NCBI GenBank assembly: GCA_964607485.1
Contig: CAZSKP010000042.1
Coordinates: 1 to 36,272 of the forward strand
Reading direction: 5' to 3'
From: an uncultured bacterium
GTDB taxonomy: Bacteria; Abyssobacteria; SURF-5
Length of the DNA stretch: 36,272 bases
The notes below the pieces were generated by a model. It was not told the origin of the DNA, did not search any database, and saw nothing but the letters and a program-made list of their open reading frames with translations. Each line of letters opens with the position of its first letter. Within the stretch, counting starts at the first letter, position 1. The translations under genes were made by a program, and so were the position numbers. Positions 1 to 10,538 of the stretch are shown here, one piece after another.

Positions 1-67
1 AATTCTGTCGCCGCCCGCCCCCCCCCTTTTCACAAACTTCTCTTTCTCTTGTCACTTCTTTAGACAT

Positions 68-268
68 CCAGTTGTAGAATATGGCCTCGCTCACGCCCAT
101 CTTCCGGCAGATCTCGTTCGCCGTCTCACCCAGCTCCGCCTGCCTCAGGGCATAGAAAATCTGCTCCTCCGTATACCGTTTCTTCATCAACGCTCCTCCT
201 TCCAGCAATGAGCATTCTACCCGATATCACTCCAGTTCCATATGGAGGAGTTTCATGGGAGCCGGTCA
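68..268 (-). mobile_element. IS3-family (IS407-like) relic: left end plus truncated OrfA
   Basis: Minus strand begins TGACCGGCTCCCATGAAACTCCTCCA at 268 (TG-start IR), then AGGAGG RBS and ATG at 187: MKKRYTEEQIFYALRQAELGETANEICRKMGVSEAIFYNW. Similarity is lost after ~68. Confidence 0.85.
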
Positions 269-435
269 GTTCCCGAGGCAAGTTGGGCGACAAATTCCCT
301 CTTCTTGGGGGTCAGCGCAGACCTAACGATGTGCACCCGCACCTGAGACGGCGACGGCGACGTTCACTTCTCTAAGAATTACTCCCTTTGGAAGACGACT
401 AGACACTTTGGCCTTAATCTTGAGTATGCGAAAGA

Positions 436-470
436 CCGTAATCTTCCGATAATGTCGTGTTGCATATAAT
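436..470 (+). promoter_or_regulatory. Direct-repeat box plus -10 element (copy 1)
   Basis: CCGTAAT-CTTC-CGATAAT-N11-TATAAT; same geometry as copies at 21382, 28805 and 32562. Confidence 0.8.
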
Positions 471-525
471 GAGGTGGTTTGTCAAGTAAATAGTTCCGTT
501 TTCTTATAATGTCGGATCCTCTGCC

Positions 526-600
526 CACGATGTGACTATTCTGGATCTTGTGCTACCAAGTTTAAATGGTCTTTCCTTTCTATTTCAAATAAGGGAAAGC
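526..600 (+). pseudogene. Response-regulator receiver-domain relic
   Basis: Translates HDVTILDLVLPSLNGLSFLFQIRES, aligning with YDVIILDLMLPGLDGLSILQKLRQK of the regulator at 30386-31051. Confidence 0.6.
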
Positions 601-692
601 AGCGACCGGCAACAAACATGTTGTCACTTCTTTTGGATAATGAAGCACCACTTGGTAGTCGCGAGAGAGCTGTATCGCGTCATCTCCTAGGC

Positions 693-770
693 TTACGATT
701 CTCGTATGGATGCACAAACGACGACGTGTCGGATCTGGCCGAAGCGATTAAGAAAGGATTGTTCCAATGA
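693..770 (+). pseudogene. C-terminal relic of a DegT/ArnB-like aminotransferase
   Basis: LRFSYGCTNDDVSDLAEAIKKGLFQ* resembles the ArnB C-terminus in this window ([23 protein letters not shown]). Its TGA overlaps the next ATG (ATGA, 767-770). Confidence 0.45.
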
Positions 771-2455
771 ACATTCTTGACGATTCTACGACATCATCGA
801 CCAGAAGCAGATATCACTATATTCTACTTGGGTCTGCCGCTTTCCTGCTTTTCTTCTGGGCATTGGGCTCGAGGGGCCTATGGGCATCAGAGGGACGCTG
901 GGCCGAGATTACAAGGGAGATGTTTCTTACGGGTGATTTCTTCCACCCGACTATCAATGGAGAACCCTACTTCGACAAGCCTCTTCTCACTTACTGGCTC
1001 GTCGCAATTGTTTCTCAGATCTTCGGCAGACTCGATGAGTGGACCATCAGGATTCCGAGCGCAGTTTCAGGGCTTTCGGTTCTCTGGGCAACGGTCTATC
1101 TCGGTCGCAAGTTGTGGTCAGAGAAAGTGGGAATCACCGCAGGCTGGATTCTCCTGACCACCTATGGAGTCCTTTTCTGGTCAAGGACAGCCAGCGCGGA
1201 TATGGAGAACTTGGCTGCTGTGACCCTGGCCGTTGCCTGGTATTGGGCTCGGCGCGACCGCCCAAGTTTCTTTGCCTTTCTTGTCTTTTACCTCATCTGT
1301 TTTCTGGGGGCCCAGACCAAGGGCCTTGCCTCTGTGGCGGTGCCCATCATCGCCGTGCTTCCCGACATCATCAGAGAGAAGCGATGGAGGATGCTTTTGT
1401 CTTCTTCACATCTTGCGGCCCTGGCAATAGGCGTCATCGTCTATGTCACTCCCTTTATTTATGCCAACTTCACAAACGGAGGATACCAATCAAACGGACT
1501 TGCTTTAGTGTTTCGGGAAAATATCCAGCGTTATTTCAAGCCGTTTGATCATAGAGAACCCTTTTATGTCTATCTCTACTATCTCCCCGTACTTTTCCTG
1601 CCCTGGACGCCGGTTCTTCTAACGGCCTTATGGGGGACATTTTCCTCATACAAAAGACTGGACAAAAGGACCCGTTGGCTCGCTGAGGCATTTGTCATCA
1701 TATTTCTGTTTTTTACGTGTTCGGGTTCAAGACGGAGCTATTATATTCTCCCATTGCTTCCCTTCTGTGCGCTCTTAACTTCAGCGTTTTTTACGGCAGA
1801 AGGAAAAGAGCGGAAGGCGTGTTTTGGTTCCAGATTTCAAACGCGGGCTCTTGTCCTGATTTCAATCAGTGCGATTGCCAGTCTTGCCGCTTGGCCCATA
1901 ATCAAAGCATATGTGAGCTTTGTTCCTCCGCGATATCTGATACCGACGACCGCGCTACTGGGGCTCTTGGCCCTCTCTTCTTTGATCTTGGGTCGTCTAA
2001 GGCCTGGCCTTCAAGCGAATTTCCTGGGGATAAATCAATATCTCGCGCCCTGCGTGGTCGCTACAGTCATCCTTATGGGTGGGTTCTTTTGCCTGCAACA
2101 GGGGAGCCTTGAGATTTATCGCACTGATAGACCTTTTGCCATTGCGCTGAAAGACCTGACGAGAGGATTGTCGCCGGACCAGATTGCATTCTACCGTAGA
2201 GTTAAAACCAGTACGGTTTTCTATTTGGACCTCCCAGGTCCCGTCCAAGAGTTGGGAAACATCGACTCACTTGAAGCTTTTCTAAAGTCAGGCGAAGGAG
2301 ATAAAGTCCTGGTTTCGGAAGCTAGATACATAAAAGATTCGCGCTCTGAGATTCCGTCGGAGCTTAGAGGGCACCCAACCTTAGAAGAGAGAGCCTATCC
2401 GTGGGAGCGAAGAAGAGACAAGAAACTTATGGCTTGGAAGATTAAGGTTAAATAG
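767..2455 (+). CDS. ArnT/PMT-family (GT-C) glycosyltransferase, paralogue 1
   Basis: 562 aa polytopic membrane protein; LWASEGRWAEITREM, PTINGEPYFDKP, TKG, HREPFYVY and RRSYYILP motifs. Confidence 0.88.
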   Translation: MNILDDSTTSSTRSRYHYILLGSAAFLLFFWALGSRGLWASEGRWAEITREMFLTGDFFHPTINGEPYFDKPLLTYWLVAIVSQIFGRLDEWTIRIPSAVSGLSVLWATVYLGRKLWSEKVGITAGWILLTTYGVLFWSRTASADMENLAAVTLAVAWYWARRDRPSFFAFLVFYLICFLGAQTKGLASVAVPIIAVLPDIIREKRWRMLLSSSHLAALAIGVIVYVTPFIYANFTNGGYQSNGLALVFRENIQRYFKPFDHREPFYVYLYYLPVLFLPWTPVLLTALWGTFSSYKRLDKRTRWLAEAFVIIFLFFTCSGSRRSYYILPLLPFCALLTSAFFTAEGKERKACFGSRFQTRALVLISISAIASLAAWPIIKAYVSFVPPRYLIPTTALLGLLALSSLILGRLRPGLQANFLGINQYLAPCVVATVILMGGFFCLQQGSLEIYRTDRPFAIALKDLTRGLSPDQIAFYRRVKTSTVFYLDLPGPVQELGNIDSLEAFLKSGEGDKVLVSEARYIKDSRSEIPSELRGHPTLEERAYPWERRRDKKLMAWKIKVK

Positions 2456-2470
2456 GCACTATCTCAACAG

Positions 2471-2590
2471 AAGAGGACCAAGTTCACGGAGGAGGAGATC
2501 GCCTTTGCCTTGCGTCAGGCCGAGGGTGGAACACCGGTAGCTGAGATCATTCGCAAGATGGGGATAAGCGAGCCGACGTTATATCGATGA
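2471..2590 (+). mobile_element. IS3-family OrfA relic
   Basis: KRTKFTEEEIAFALRQAEGGTPVAEIIRKMGISEPTLYR*, clearly related to the relic at 68-187. Confidence 0.8.
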
Positions 2591-3064
2591 AGCCTCAGAA
2601 ACGGAGTTTCAAAAGAATTTGACTTCGGCGGACCAGTTGTGGAAAGCACTCCATTTACGAACCTTAAAGCGCCCTTCAATGAATCCCCTAGGACACTCGA
2701 AATGTATTCGTCGGGCCGTGGTGAGCTCAACTTCCGCCAGTTGAGGAATCAGATCAGGAACCTGCAAAGAAATAGTTACGATGCCCATCGCCTCAGAGTA
2801 GATTACTACAGGAAGTTTTCCTTCCCTGCGGCCAACTTCATAGTCGTCTTCCTAGGGCTGCCGTTTGCCCTGGAATACCGAAGAGGAGGACTGACAATCA
2901 ATTTTGCGCTCAGCCTCCTGGCCGCGCTTCTCTATTACAGCGCTTTTCAGATAGGGTTGGCCCTCGGAATGGGAGGCTTCCTTCCGGCAGTTGTCGCCGG
3001 CTGGCTGCCAAATTGCCTGTTCTTGGGTATTGGCGCAAGCCTGACGATGCGCGCTCGGACATGA
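2591..3064 (+). pseudogene. C-terminal fragment of an LptF/LptG LPS-export permease (LptG-like)
   Basis: ELNFRQLRNQIRNLQ...RVDYYRKFSFPAANFIVVFLGLPFAL...RRGG...G.LPAVVAGWLPNCLF is the typical YjgP/YjgQ C-terminus; the N-terminal half is absent. Confidence 0.8.
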
Positions 3065-3668
3065 GACGGTCAATGCGCGATTGTTTCATATCCTGACGAA
3101 ATATAACGATGGCGAAGTTCTTGCGAGTAACTGGCACGGATATCACCTGAAGAAAGACATGGTACTGTTTCTTTTGTTAACGGATATGGTGACGATTGCG
3201 ATCACCACGAAAGGATGACTTTCTGCCACTTTGTATTGGTCGAGCTCGGAGGCGACAACGTCGCCCGCCTCGTTCTATTGGGCGTAGACGTTTATACCGG
3301 CCTGATTCTCGCAAAGAGAACCAATCCTCGGAGTGGAGCGGACAGAGTGACGGTTTCTAGCTTTCCGTAATGACCACCATGGTGGCTGAGCATATGTTAA
3401 TGTGCCGGTACTTCATTTGTCTCACAAGATATGAGAAATTGAGCAACATCCCATCCCAGCTAAGAGAATCTCTTCCCGAGGTTAACCGTATCTTCGCATA
3501 TATTCGCTCAAGAGGCAAATGGATGCTCTGGTCTCTTTTTGCGCCAAGCGATAGAGGATACATTCGCCGCCAAATTATGTCGAGTCCCGCGGAAATGTCC
3601 TTCCCCTTCAAGAGGCTCCTCTATCCACTGCAATTTGAACGATAACCTGTCCATTCCTGGGGGGAAGT

Positions 3669-5357
3669 TTACTCAGGGAAAGCCGGAGTTGTGGAATCTG
3701 CCCGAATAAGGAGAAGATGTCCACGTCCAAAGTCAACGTCCGCCTCAATACGGAGAACGACACCAGCGCTCTGAGCCGCATCGATGATCTGGGCCGGAAG
3801 CCCGCTACCGGTGCGCGATTGCAGGATGGCCGCAACCTTGCTTGGGTCTTCAACAAGCCGAGAGACGAATTTCGGGGGGTTGTTCACCACAGACGCTGTC
3901 CGGTTGCGGTAGAAGCTGACAGCGCCACACAGTCCGTCGCCTGGATAGTAGAGTAGAAGCTCACGGCTGTCAGCGAGGCGGATGACCTCCTCTACGGGCT
4001 GGCGCAGGCTACGCTTCGAGACCTCCTGGTCGGCGATAGGGTCGGTAAACCAGAGAACCCAAGTCAACGCAAAAAGGCTAATTATAGATACACCGACCCA
4101 CCTCAAATCTCTGCGACAAAGCGCAAGCACACAGACGGTTGCGCAGCACGCTGCGACGATACTTGCCTTAAGAACCAATAGCGGTGGGGCACCCAAAATC
4201 CCATTCGCCACCACCGCTGCCCCGGCAGCGAGGATCCCCGCCGTGGCCATGACGTTAGCTAAAATACGTGTCCAATTTCCAGGCTCAGCCCATACGAACT
4301 TGATCGCCCACGTGACGAGTAACGCGAGTGCGGGATATGCTGGCAACAGATAAATAGAGTCTTTCGCTTGTGAGAACGAGAGAAGTACGACTGGCGCCAT
4401 CGCAAAGGCGAGAAAGAAGACTCCATGCCGACACGCGGAGATACGACGGCTCTTCCATGCGACCCAAACGGAGGCGGGTAACAAAAGGGACACGGGCGCG
4501 AACGCCGGCCATATGTCGAGGAAATAATAGTAAAAGGGGCGCCTATTGCTCTCAAATGCGTGCAGAAATCGCCCGAAATGGTTCTGAATGAAGAACGCGT
4601 TGATAAGGGAGGGCGAAGCCCTCATAACAAATGGAACCACCCAAACGAGCACGGGCACGAAAAATGCTATGACCGGAAGTGGACGCAATATGTACCGTAG
4701 TTCGCTGAACCGCCGACTCAACAGAAGATAGGAAAGCAAGCCCGTCCCAAGGAGGGCCGGGCCCACGAATCCTTTGATAAGAAAGCTCACGCCCAGCATA
4801 AGGCCAGCCGCTGAATAGGCTCGGCCCTTCGAGCGCGGCACCTCTGCCTCCAGCGCGACCCATGTGAAGAGGAGCACGAAGGCGCTGGCCGATGCCAAGG
4901 CGTTGTCAATGTGAATTCCATGGGCCGCTCTGCAGAATCGAGATGATATGGCGAGGCTCGCCACCGCCAATGCGCCCTCTTCAACTCCCATCACCCGCTT
5001 GCCAAGCAGAAAGACAGCAGCAAGCGTTGCTAACGCGAAACCCGCCGTCGTCAGCCGTGCAACGGCGGCGCTCGGCCCTCCAGTGATCGAGTATGCCATG
5101 GCGACGATGGCCGGAAATCCGGAGGGCTTTTCGACAAAGGGAAGACCACCGAACTGAGGGACGACAAAATCGCCGGACTCCAGCATTTCCCGGGCGACTT
5201 CCACTTCGCGGAGGTCATCAGGTCGAAGGAGTTCGCGCCCGACTTGTCCAACCAAGATAATTGTGGCGCTGGCCAAAAGCAAGAGAGCCACGCGAATCCT
5301 TATTGCACACGGCTTGCCCCCTGGGGGAAAATCATGGTTAATCGACACGGTGTTCAT
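3669..5357 (-). CDS. ArnT-family glycosyltransferase, paralogue 2
   Basis: RPDDLREVEVAREMLESGDFVVP, FVEKP, IKG, RPFYYY and KDSIYLLP; lies downstream of arnD. Confidence 0.88.
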   Translation of the reverse strand: MNTVSINHDFPPGGKPCAIRIRVALLLLASATIILVGQVGRELLRPDDLREVEVAREMLESGDFVVPQFGGLPFVEKPSGFPAIVAMAYSITGGPSAAVARLTTAGFALATLAAVFLLGKRVMGVEEGALAVASLAISSRFCRAAHGIHIDNALASASAFVLLFTWVALEAEVPRSKGRAYSAAGLMLGVSFLIKGFVGPALLGTGLLSYLLLSRRFSELRYILRPLPVIAFFVPVLVWVVPFVMRASPSLINAFFIQNHFGRFLHAFESNRRPFYYYFLDIWPAFAPVSLLLPASVWVAWKSRRISACRHGVFFLAFAMAPVVLLSFSQAKDSIYLLPAYPALALLVTWAIKFVWAEPGNWTRILANVMATAGILAAGAAVVANGILGAPPLLVLKASIVAACCATVCVLALCRRDLRWVGVSIISLFALTWVLWFTDPIADQEVSKRSLRQPVEEVIRLADSRELLLYYPGDGLCGAVSFYRNRTASVVNNPPKFVSRLVEDPSKVAAILQSRTGSGLPAQIIDAAQSAGVVLRIEADVDFGRGHLLLIRADSTTPAFPE

Positions 5358-5420
5358 AGAGCGATGGTTACGAGTATTGCAATATCAGGAGGAATCCTAT
5401 GACCGCAAGAGATGATTTTT

Positions 5421-6332
5421 TCAAATATCCGTTCCCGCTTGTCTTTCCCGCATCATTTGGCATGAGACCCAGCCTTCACGGCCAGGAATTTCCTTCATGA
5501 TGATGGTTCCTTGACTAATCGGCAAGAAACCGTCAAGAAGGACACCGAGCGGAACAAAAGATGCTCCTCTTGTCTGAGCCATTTGCAGAAACTCTTCAAA
5601 CATCTGTACATAGGCAATGCCCTCAACTTCCGCGTGGATAGTCAGCACGTTAAGTTTCTTAGGATCTAGGAGCGCGAGCATAAAGTCATTGTAGTTGCCG
5701 TCTGAAACCCCGTTCCGCCCAATCGTTTCGTCGAAGGTTGGCAAGGTTACAGGAATCTGAGGTTGAGGCAGTTCCTCTCCATCGATTTCAGGACGGAATA
5801 TGCCTTCTCCTCTGCAATCACTGTTGTATTCAAAGGGGAATCGATTCTTCTCCAAGAGCACAAGGTCATTACATTTCCAGCCGGGAACCGCCGAGCAGGT
5901 TGGCGGTCGTCCTAAGATGTTCGTGAGCAGTTCGACCCCTTTCTCCATGGAACAGCGGATGGAATCACGACTCATCGTATCTATGTGCGCCTGCCATGAA
6001 TAGTGATCCCACGCGTGAAATCCTATTTCATGGTCAGCATGGGCTGCAGCTCGAATAACGCTGTCAAGCTTCCTTCCTATAACAGGTCCCGGCCAGAGTG
6101 CGCCCCGGAAAAGAATATCCCAGCCATAGAGCTGCGGAGCCTTTGTTCTCAGCATTTTCCTGAGAAAAGCCGGGCGGAGCAAGCGCCAGATATTTCGACC
6201 CATATTATCCGGGCCTACCGAGAAGAAGAACGATGCCTTGATGGAATACTCGGCAAGAATTCTACACAAGTTAGGAACGCCATACTTGGTGCCGCGGAAT
6301 GTGTCGACGTCAATTCGTAGACCTACTCTCAT
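5421..6332 (-). CDS. arnD: 4-deoxy-4-formamido-L-arabinose-phosphoundecaprenol deformylase
   Basis: VGLRIDVDTFRGT, FFFSVGPDNMGR, HAWDH, QIPVTLPT, TIHAEVEG, GREGW. Confidence 0.95.
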   Translation of the reverse strand: MRVGLRIDVDTFRGTKYGVPNLCRILAEYSIKASFFFSVGPDNMGRNIWRLLRPAFLRKMLRTKAPQLYGWDILFRGALWPGPVIGRKLDSVIRAAAHADHEIGFHAWDHYSWQAHIDTMSRDSIRCSMEKGVELLTNILGRPPTCSAVPGWKCNDLVLLEKNRFPFEYNSDCRGEGIFRPEIDGEELPQPQIPVTLPTFDETIGRNGVSDGNYNDFMLALLDPKKLNVLTIHAEVEGIAYVQMFEEFLQMAQTRGASFVPLGVLLDGFLPISQGTIIMKEIPGREGWVSCQMMRERQAGTDI

Positions 6333-6389
6333 AGAATAGTAGATTTCCCTATGCTGGCACCGATAGGAGAAAAGTCTGTCGGAATTACA

Positions 6390-8363
6390 TCACAGAGCTT
6401 GCCGCAGGTAGTAATTCAGCGTTTGCTCAACGGATTGTTCCAGTCCCACCGAAGGTGACCATCTCAAGAGCTTGCGGGCATTACGGATGCTGGGTCTTCT
6501 GTGAAAGACATCCTGGTATCCCGCGCCATAGTATGACCCGCTTTCCACTGTTCGGTATCCTGCAAAAGGAGGGAATTTCGACCGGAGGGGATGCCGTTCG
6601 AAAATGGCCACGAGCATCTCTGCCAGCTCCTTGATACTGGCTTCATTTTCAGGATTGCCAATATTGATAATCTTGCCGTTGCATATACTTTCCTTGTCTT
6701 CGATAATTTTATACAAGCAATCTATGCCGTCAGATATATCAGTGAAGCAGCGCTTCTGGTTTCCGCCATCAATGAGCTGAATCGGGGAACCTTCGACTAG
6801 ATTGAGAATCAGCTGTGTGATCGCGCGCGAACTCCCGATGCGAGCTGCTGATAGACTATCAAGCTTGGGTCCAATCCAGTTGAAAGGCCGAAACAGTGTG
6901 AAACGAAGTCCTTCTTGTTGTCCATAGGCCCAGATAACCCTGTCAAGAAGCTGTTTGATACATGAATAGATCCAGCGTTGCATCCGGATCGGTCCCTGGA
7001 CTAGTCTGGAATTGTCCTCATCAAACTCTGCGTCGTCGCTCATACCGTAAACTTCCGAAGTGGATGGGAAGATAATCCGCCTTCCGTATTTCACGCAATA
7101 GCGGATAACTCTGAGGTTCTCTTCAAAATCGAGTTCAAATACCTGAAGGGGATTTCGGACATATTCGATTGGCGTTGCGATGGCTACCAGAGGAACAACA
7201 ATATCACACTTCCTGATGTGGTATTCGATCCATTCTCGATGAATTGAGATATCACCTTCGCTAAACTTGAAGCCCTCTCTTCTCAGAAGAAGCTCAATAT
7301 TATCCGAATATAGATCCATACCATGAACTTCATACTTACCGCTATCCAGAAGTCTTTCGCCCAAGGCATTGCCTATGAATCCGTTGACTCCCAGTATTAG
7401 AACACTCGTCTTCCTGGCTAATCTCTTTCTCGCAGCGGCATATGGCTTGAAGACCATATCTTGTGCGAGATTGAGTTCCTCGGCCAACTGAGCACCTGTT
7501 GTGTGGACGCCATCTTCCGCCTGGCCGAAATCCACCCGAACAGATCCTTCCCCGCATGCGATCACAAGGGGATTGGTGGACATGATGGTTCCCGGATTTG
7601 GTTTGTTTTTTGTTTCGGACATTGCAGAAACTGTCCAGAACAGGCATTTCCTGTTGCCAACAAATGAGAATGCGCCGGGATACGGGTGTGTTACTGCCCT
7701 CACCAAATCCCTGACTTCGGTTGAGTTTCTTGTCCAGTCGATTTCCCCGTCTTCCGGATCGCGCCCGCCGAAGTATGTCGCTTTCGAATGGTCTTGAGGG
7801 ACGCGCGGCGCAGTCCCGTCTTTAATCTCGGGAAGAACTTCATCGAGAAGTTCGACAGATGTCTCCGTTACCTTGTCATAGAGTGATTGTGCCGTGTCGT
7901 GGTCGGAAATCTCGATTGCCTTCTGAGCGACAATATCACCACCGTCCGGTTTCGGGGTCATGTAGTGCAGCGTGACACCCGTCTGCTTCTCACCATTCAC
8001 GAGCACCCAATTAATTGGGCACCGCCCTCGATATTTGGGAAGCAGAGACCCATGAAGATTCAGACAACCCATGTGCGGAACCTCTAGTATTGGCGGCTTC
8101 AGCACTTGGCGGTAATAAAAGGAAAAGATGATATCCGGATGGATATCTCTGATCTTCTGCACCCATAGAGGGTGGTTGACATCTTCCGGTGCATAGACGC
8201 GAATGTTGTGAGATGCGGCCATTTCAGCAACAGAGCGGAACCAAATGTTCTCACCCGGGCTGTCCAAGTGAGTGAAGACGGCCGCAATCTCGAACCCATT
8301 CCTGAGCAGGGCTTGGATTCCAACACAACCGACGCTGTGATACGCAAAGACTATTGCTTTCAT
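6390..8363 (-). CDS. arnA: Bifunctional UDP-Ara4N formyltransferase / UDP-glucuronate oxidase-decarboxylase
   Basis: Probable start MKAIVFAYH at 8363 (the ORF-track start overlaps arnC); [12 protein letters not shown] formyltransferase domain plus GVNGFIG/TSEVYG/RPFNW SDR domain. Confidence 0.96.
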   Translation of the reverse strand: MKAIVFAYHSVGCVGIQALLRNGFEIAAVFTHLDSPGENIWFRSVAEMAASHNIRVYAPEDVNHPLWVQKIRDIHPDIIFSFYYRQVLKPPILEVPHMGCLNLHGSLLPKYRGRCPINWVLVNGEKQTGVTLHYMTPKPDGGDIVAQKAIEISDHDTAQSLYDKVTETSVELLDEVLPEIKDGTAPRVPQDHSKATYFGGRDPEDGEIDWTRNSTEVRDLVRAVTHPYPGAFSFVGNRKCLFWTVSAMSETKNKPNPGTIMSTNPLVIACGEGSVRVDFGQAEDGVHTTGAQLAEELNLAQDMVFKPYAAARKRLARKTSVLILGVNGFIGNALGERLLDSGKYEVHGMDLYSDNIELLLRREGFKFSEGDISIHREWIEYHIRKCDIVVPLVAIATPIEYVRNPLQVFELDFEENLRVIRYCVKYGRRIIFPSTSEVYGMSDDAEFDEDNSRLVQGPIRMQRWIYSCIKQLLDRVIWAYGQQEGLRFTLFRPFNWIGPKLDSLSAARIGSSRAITQLILNLVEGSPIQLIDGGNQKRCFTDISDGIDCLYKIIEDKESICNGKIINIGNPENEASIKELAEMLVAIFERHPLRSKFPPFAGYRTVESGSYYGAGYQDVFHRRPSIRNARKLLRWSPSVGLEQSVEQTLNYYLRQAL

Positions 8364-8373
8364 GGGACTCCGC

Positions 8374-9327
8374 TTATTCTGAGAGATTCCCGCCCACAAC
8401 CTTTTCGACGAAATACCGGGGTCGTCCCCTGACATCAGAATATATGCGCCCGATGTACTCCCCAAGCAATCCCAAGCCAACGAATTGAGCGCCAACAAAG
8501 ATAAAGAGGATGGCGAACAATGTAAATATTCCTTGTGCTGCCCATTCAGTCCCGTAAATCAATCTCATTATTAGGAGAAACGTGCCGAATCCTACCCCCA
8601 CTGCCGATATAATCGCACCCAGAAGGCTTAGGAGGCGAAGGGGGAATGTTGTAATGCTTGTTAATAGATCAAATTGGAGGTTGATGAGTTTCCACAATCC
8701 ATACTTCGATTCGCCTCTGGGGCGCTTCGAGTGATGTACTTCTATTTCTATAGCGCTGCTTGCGAAGCTATTGGCAAGGATAGGTATGAACGTGCTCCGC
8801 TCGTGACACTGCAACATCGCGTCGACTATGTCTCGCCGGTATGCCCTCAGCATGCAACCGTAGTCGTGCATCATCACTCCAGTTGACTTTTGTACGAACT
8901 TGTTGACCAGAAAAGAAGAGAGTCTCCGAAACGCCGTGTCATGCCTTGGCACTCGAATCGTCCCGATAACATCAGGACCCTCTTCGATTTTCGAGACCAA
9001 TCTGGGAATCTCCTCGGGAGGATTCTGCAAGTCGGCGTCGAGCGTGACGACAACATCACCCTTTGATTGGGCGAAGCCCGCCATGACTGCCGCGTGTTGA
9101 CCGTAGTTCCGATTGAGAAAGACTCCAATAATTTCGCCAGGGTTCTGTCTTGTCGCTTCGGTGATCTTCTGGGGCGAACTGTCGGAACTCCCGTCGTTAA
9201 CGAGAATGATTTCGAAGGCTTTATTCATGCTCCGGCATGCCACCAGACAACGTTTGACCAATTCTCCGAGTGTTTCATCTTCATTGAATATCGGAATAAC
9301 GACCGATACTAAAGGGGGCATGTTCAT
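8374..9327 (-). CDS. arnC: Undecaprenyl-phosphate Ara4FN transferase (GT2)
   Basis: [48 protein letters not shown]; two C-terminal TM helices. Confidence 0.95.
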   Translation of the reverse strand: MNMPPLVSVVIPIFNEDETLGELVKRCLVACRSMNKAFEIILVNDGSSDSSPQKITEATRQNPGEIIGVFLNRNYGQHAAVMAGFAQSKGDVVVTLDADLQNPPEEIPRLVSKIEEGPDVIGTIRVPRHDTAFRRLSSFLVNKFVQKSTGVMMHDYGCMLRAYRRDIVDAMLQCHERSTFIPILANSFASSAIEIEVHHSKRPRGESKYGLWKLINLQFDLLTSITTFPLRLLSLLGAIISAVGVGFGTFLLIMRLIYGTEWAAQGIFTLFAILFIFVGAQFVGLGLLGEYIGRIYSDVRGRPRYFVEKVVGGNLSE

Positions 9328-9352
9328 GTTCTCCTGGCTGTCGCATCGCGCG

Positions 9353-10510
9353 TCAATGCTTCAGGACTTCCTTTATCACATCTATGACATCATCGACGTC
9401 CTCAGTGGTCATTCCCGGAAAAAGTGGAAGAGAACATATACGGTCGGAATTCCATTCGGTATTGGGGAGCATCCCTCGATGTGTACCCATCGATTCTGTG
9501 TAGTATCTTTGAAGATGTACGGCATAAAAGTGGAGTCCCGTTCCAATGTTTCTCTGTTTCAACTCGTGCATAAAATGATCACGGCTGAATCCCGCACTGT
9601 CAATATCCAGCCGTATGATGAAGAGGTTCCAGGCATGTTTGAATGAATACGAAGGCTCTGAAAGCGGCAAGATTTCGTCGATCTGGGAGATCCGCTCGCG
9701 ATATCTCGCAGCCAGTTCGGCTCTTCTTCTGTTCAGTTCATCCACGCACGCCAGCTGCTTCAATCCCAGGGCGGCCGAAATATCTGTCATATTGTATTTG
9801 TACCCTGGCTCGATCACCTGAGCTTGCGGAGCCCGACCCTGCTGCTCGCGGTCATATGCATCGACACCAAGCCCATGAAACTTCAGCCGGCGAATTCGGT
9901 TCAGTAATTCCTCCTCGTCCGTACAGACCATGCCTCCTTCACCCGTAGTAATGTTCTTAATTGGATGAAAGGAGAATATCGACGTTCCATTTCGACCGAT
10001 AGGCCGTCCCATATAATGCGCACCTAACGCGTGTGCTGCATCTTCCACAAGAGGAATGCCACGATCGTTGGCCATCTGGCGAATGGGACCGATATCAATC
10101 GGAGCGCCGGCAAAATGTACAGGAATGATCAGCCGTGTCTTGGCGGTAAGACATTCTTTTATCGTATCAGGGGTAACCATTAATGTATCTCTGTCTATAT
10201 CTGCGAACACTGGAACTGCACCGGCGAGGACTATCAGGTTTGGGGTAGAAACCCAGGTCATCGAAGGCGTAACAACTTCATCTCCAGCTTTGATGTCAAG
10301 CGCCGTTAGCATAAGGTGCATGCCAGCGGTTGCAGACGCCACCGCCACTGCCCCCCGACAACCGACATATTCGCCGAACTTCTTTTCAAACTCGGCCGTT
10401 TTCTGTCCTGTCGTAATCCATCCAGATCTCAGGACTTCGACTACGGCCGCGATGTCTTCCTCGGCGATAAGTGGTCGCGAAAACGGCAGGAAGTCATGTC
10501 TCAACATCAT
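9353..10510 (-). CDS. arnB: UDP-4-amino-4-deoxy-L-arabinose aminotransferase
   Basis: [38 protein letters not shown] (PLP lysine), [12 protein letters not shown]. Confidence 0.95.
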   Translation of the reverse strand: MMLRHDFLPFSRPLIAEEDIAAVVEVLRSGWITTGQKTAEFEKKFGEYVGCRGAVAVASATAGMHLMLTALDIKAGDEVVTPSMTWVSTPNLIVLAGAVPVFADIDRDTLMVTPDTIKECLTAKTRLIIPVHFAGAPIDIGPIRQMANDRGIPLVEDAAHALGAHYMGRPIGRNGTSIFSFHPIKNITTGEGGMVCTDEEELLNRIRRLKFHGLGVDAYDREQQGRAPQAQVIEPGYKYNMTDISAALGLKQLACVDELNRRRAELAARYRERISQIDEILPLSEPSYSFKHAWNLFIIRLDIDSAGFSRDHFMHELKQRNIGTGLHFYAVHLQRYYTESMGTHRGMLPNTEWNSDRICSLPLFPGMTTEDVDDVIDVIKEVLKH

Positions 10511-10538
10511 ACTCCCGTTCTTGGGCCCGTCTGGCGTT

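Noticed and set aside
1-67. Sequence interrupting the IS3 OrfA (minus strand TGTCTAAAGAAGTGACA...) might be the end of another element
   Set aside because: No partner repeat or transposase in the window; cannot be supported.
3070-3650. Short ORFs on both strands between the LptG fragment and ArnT-2, considered as arnE/arnF
   Set aside because: No multi-TM EamA pattern or recognisable motif. A lone CCGTAAT at 3365 lacks the second repeat and the -10.
6333-6392. arnA stop (TGA) followed by 19 sense codons in frame with arnD (possible read-through fusion)
   Set aside because: Easily arises by chance; both proteins have normal lengths and termini.
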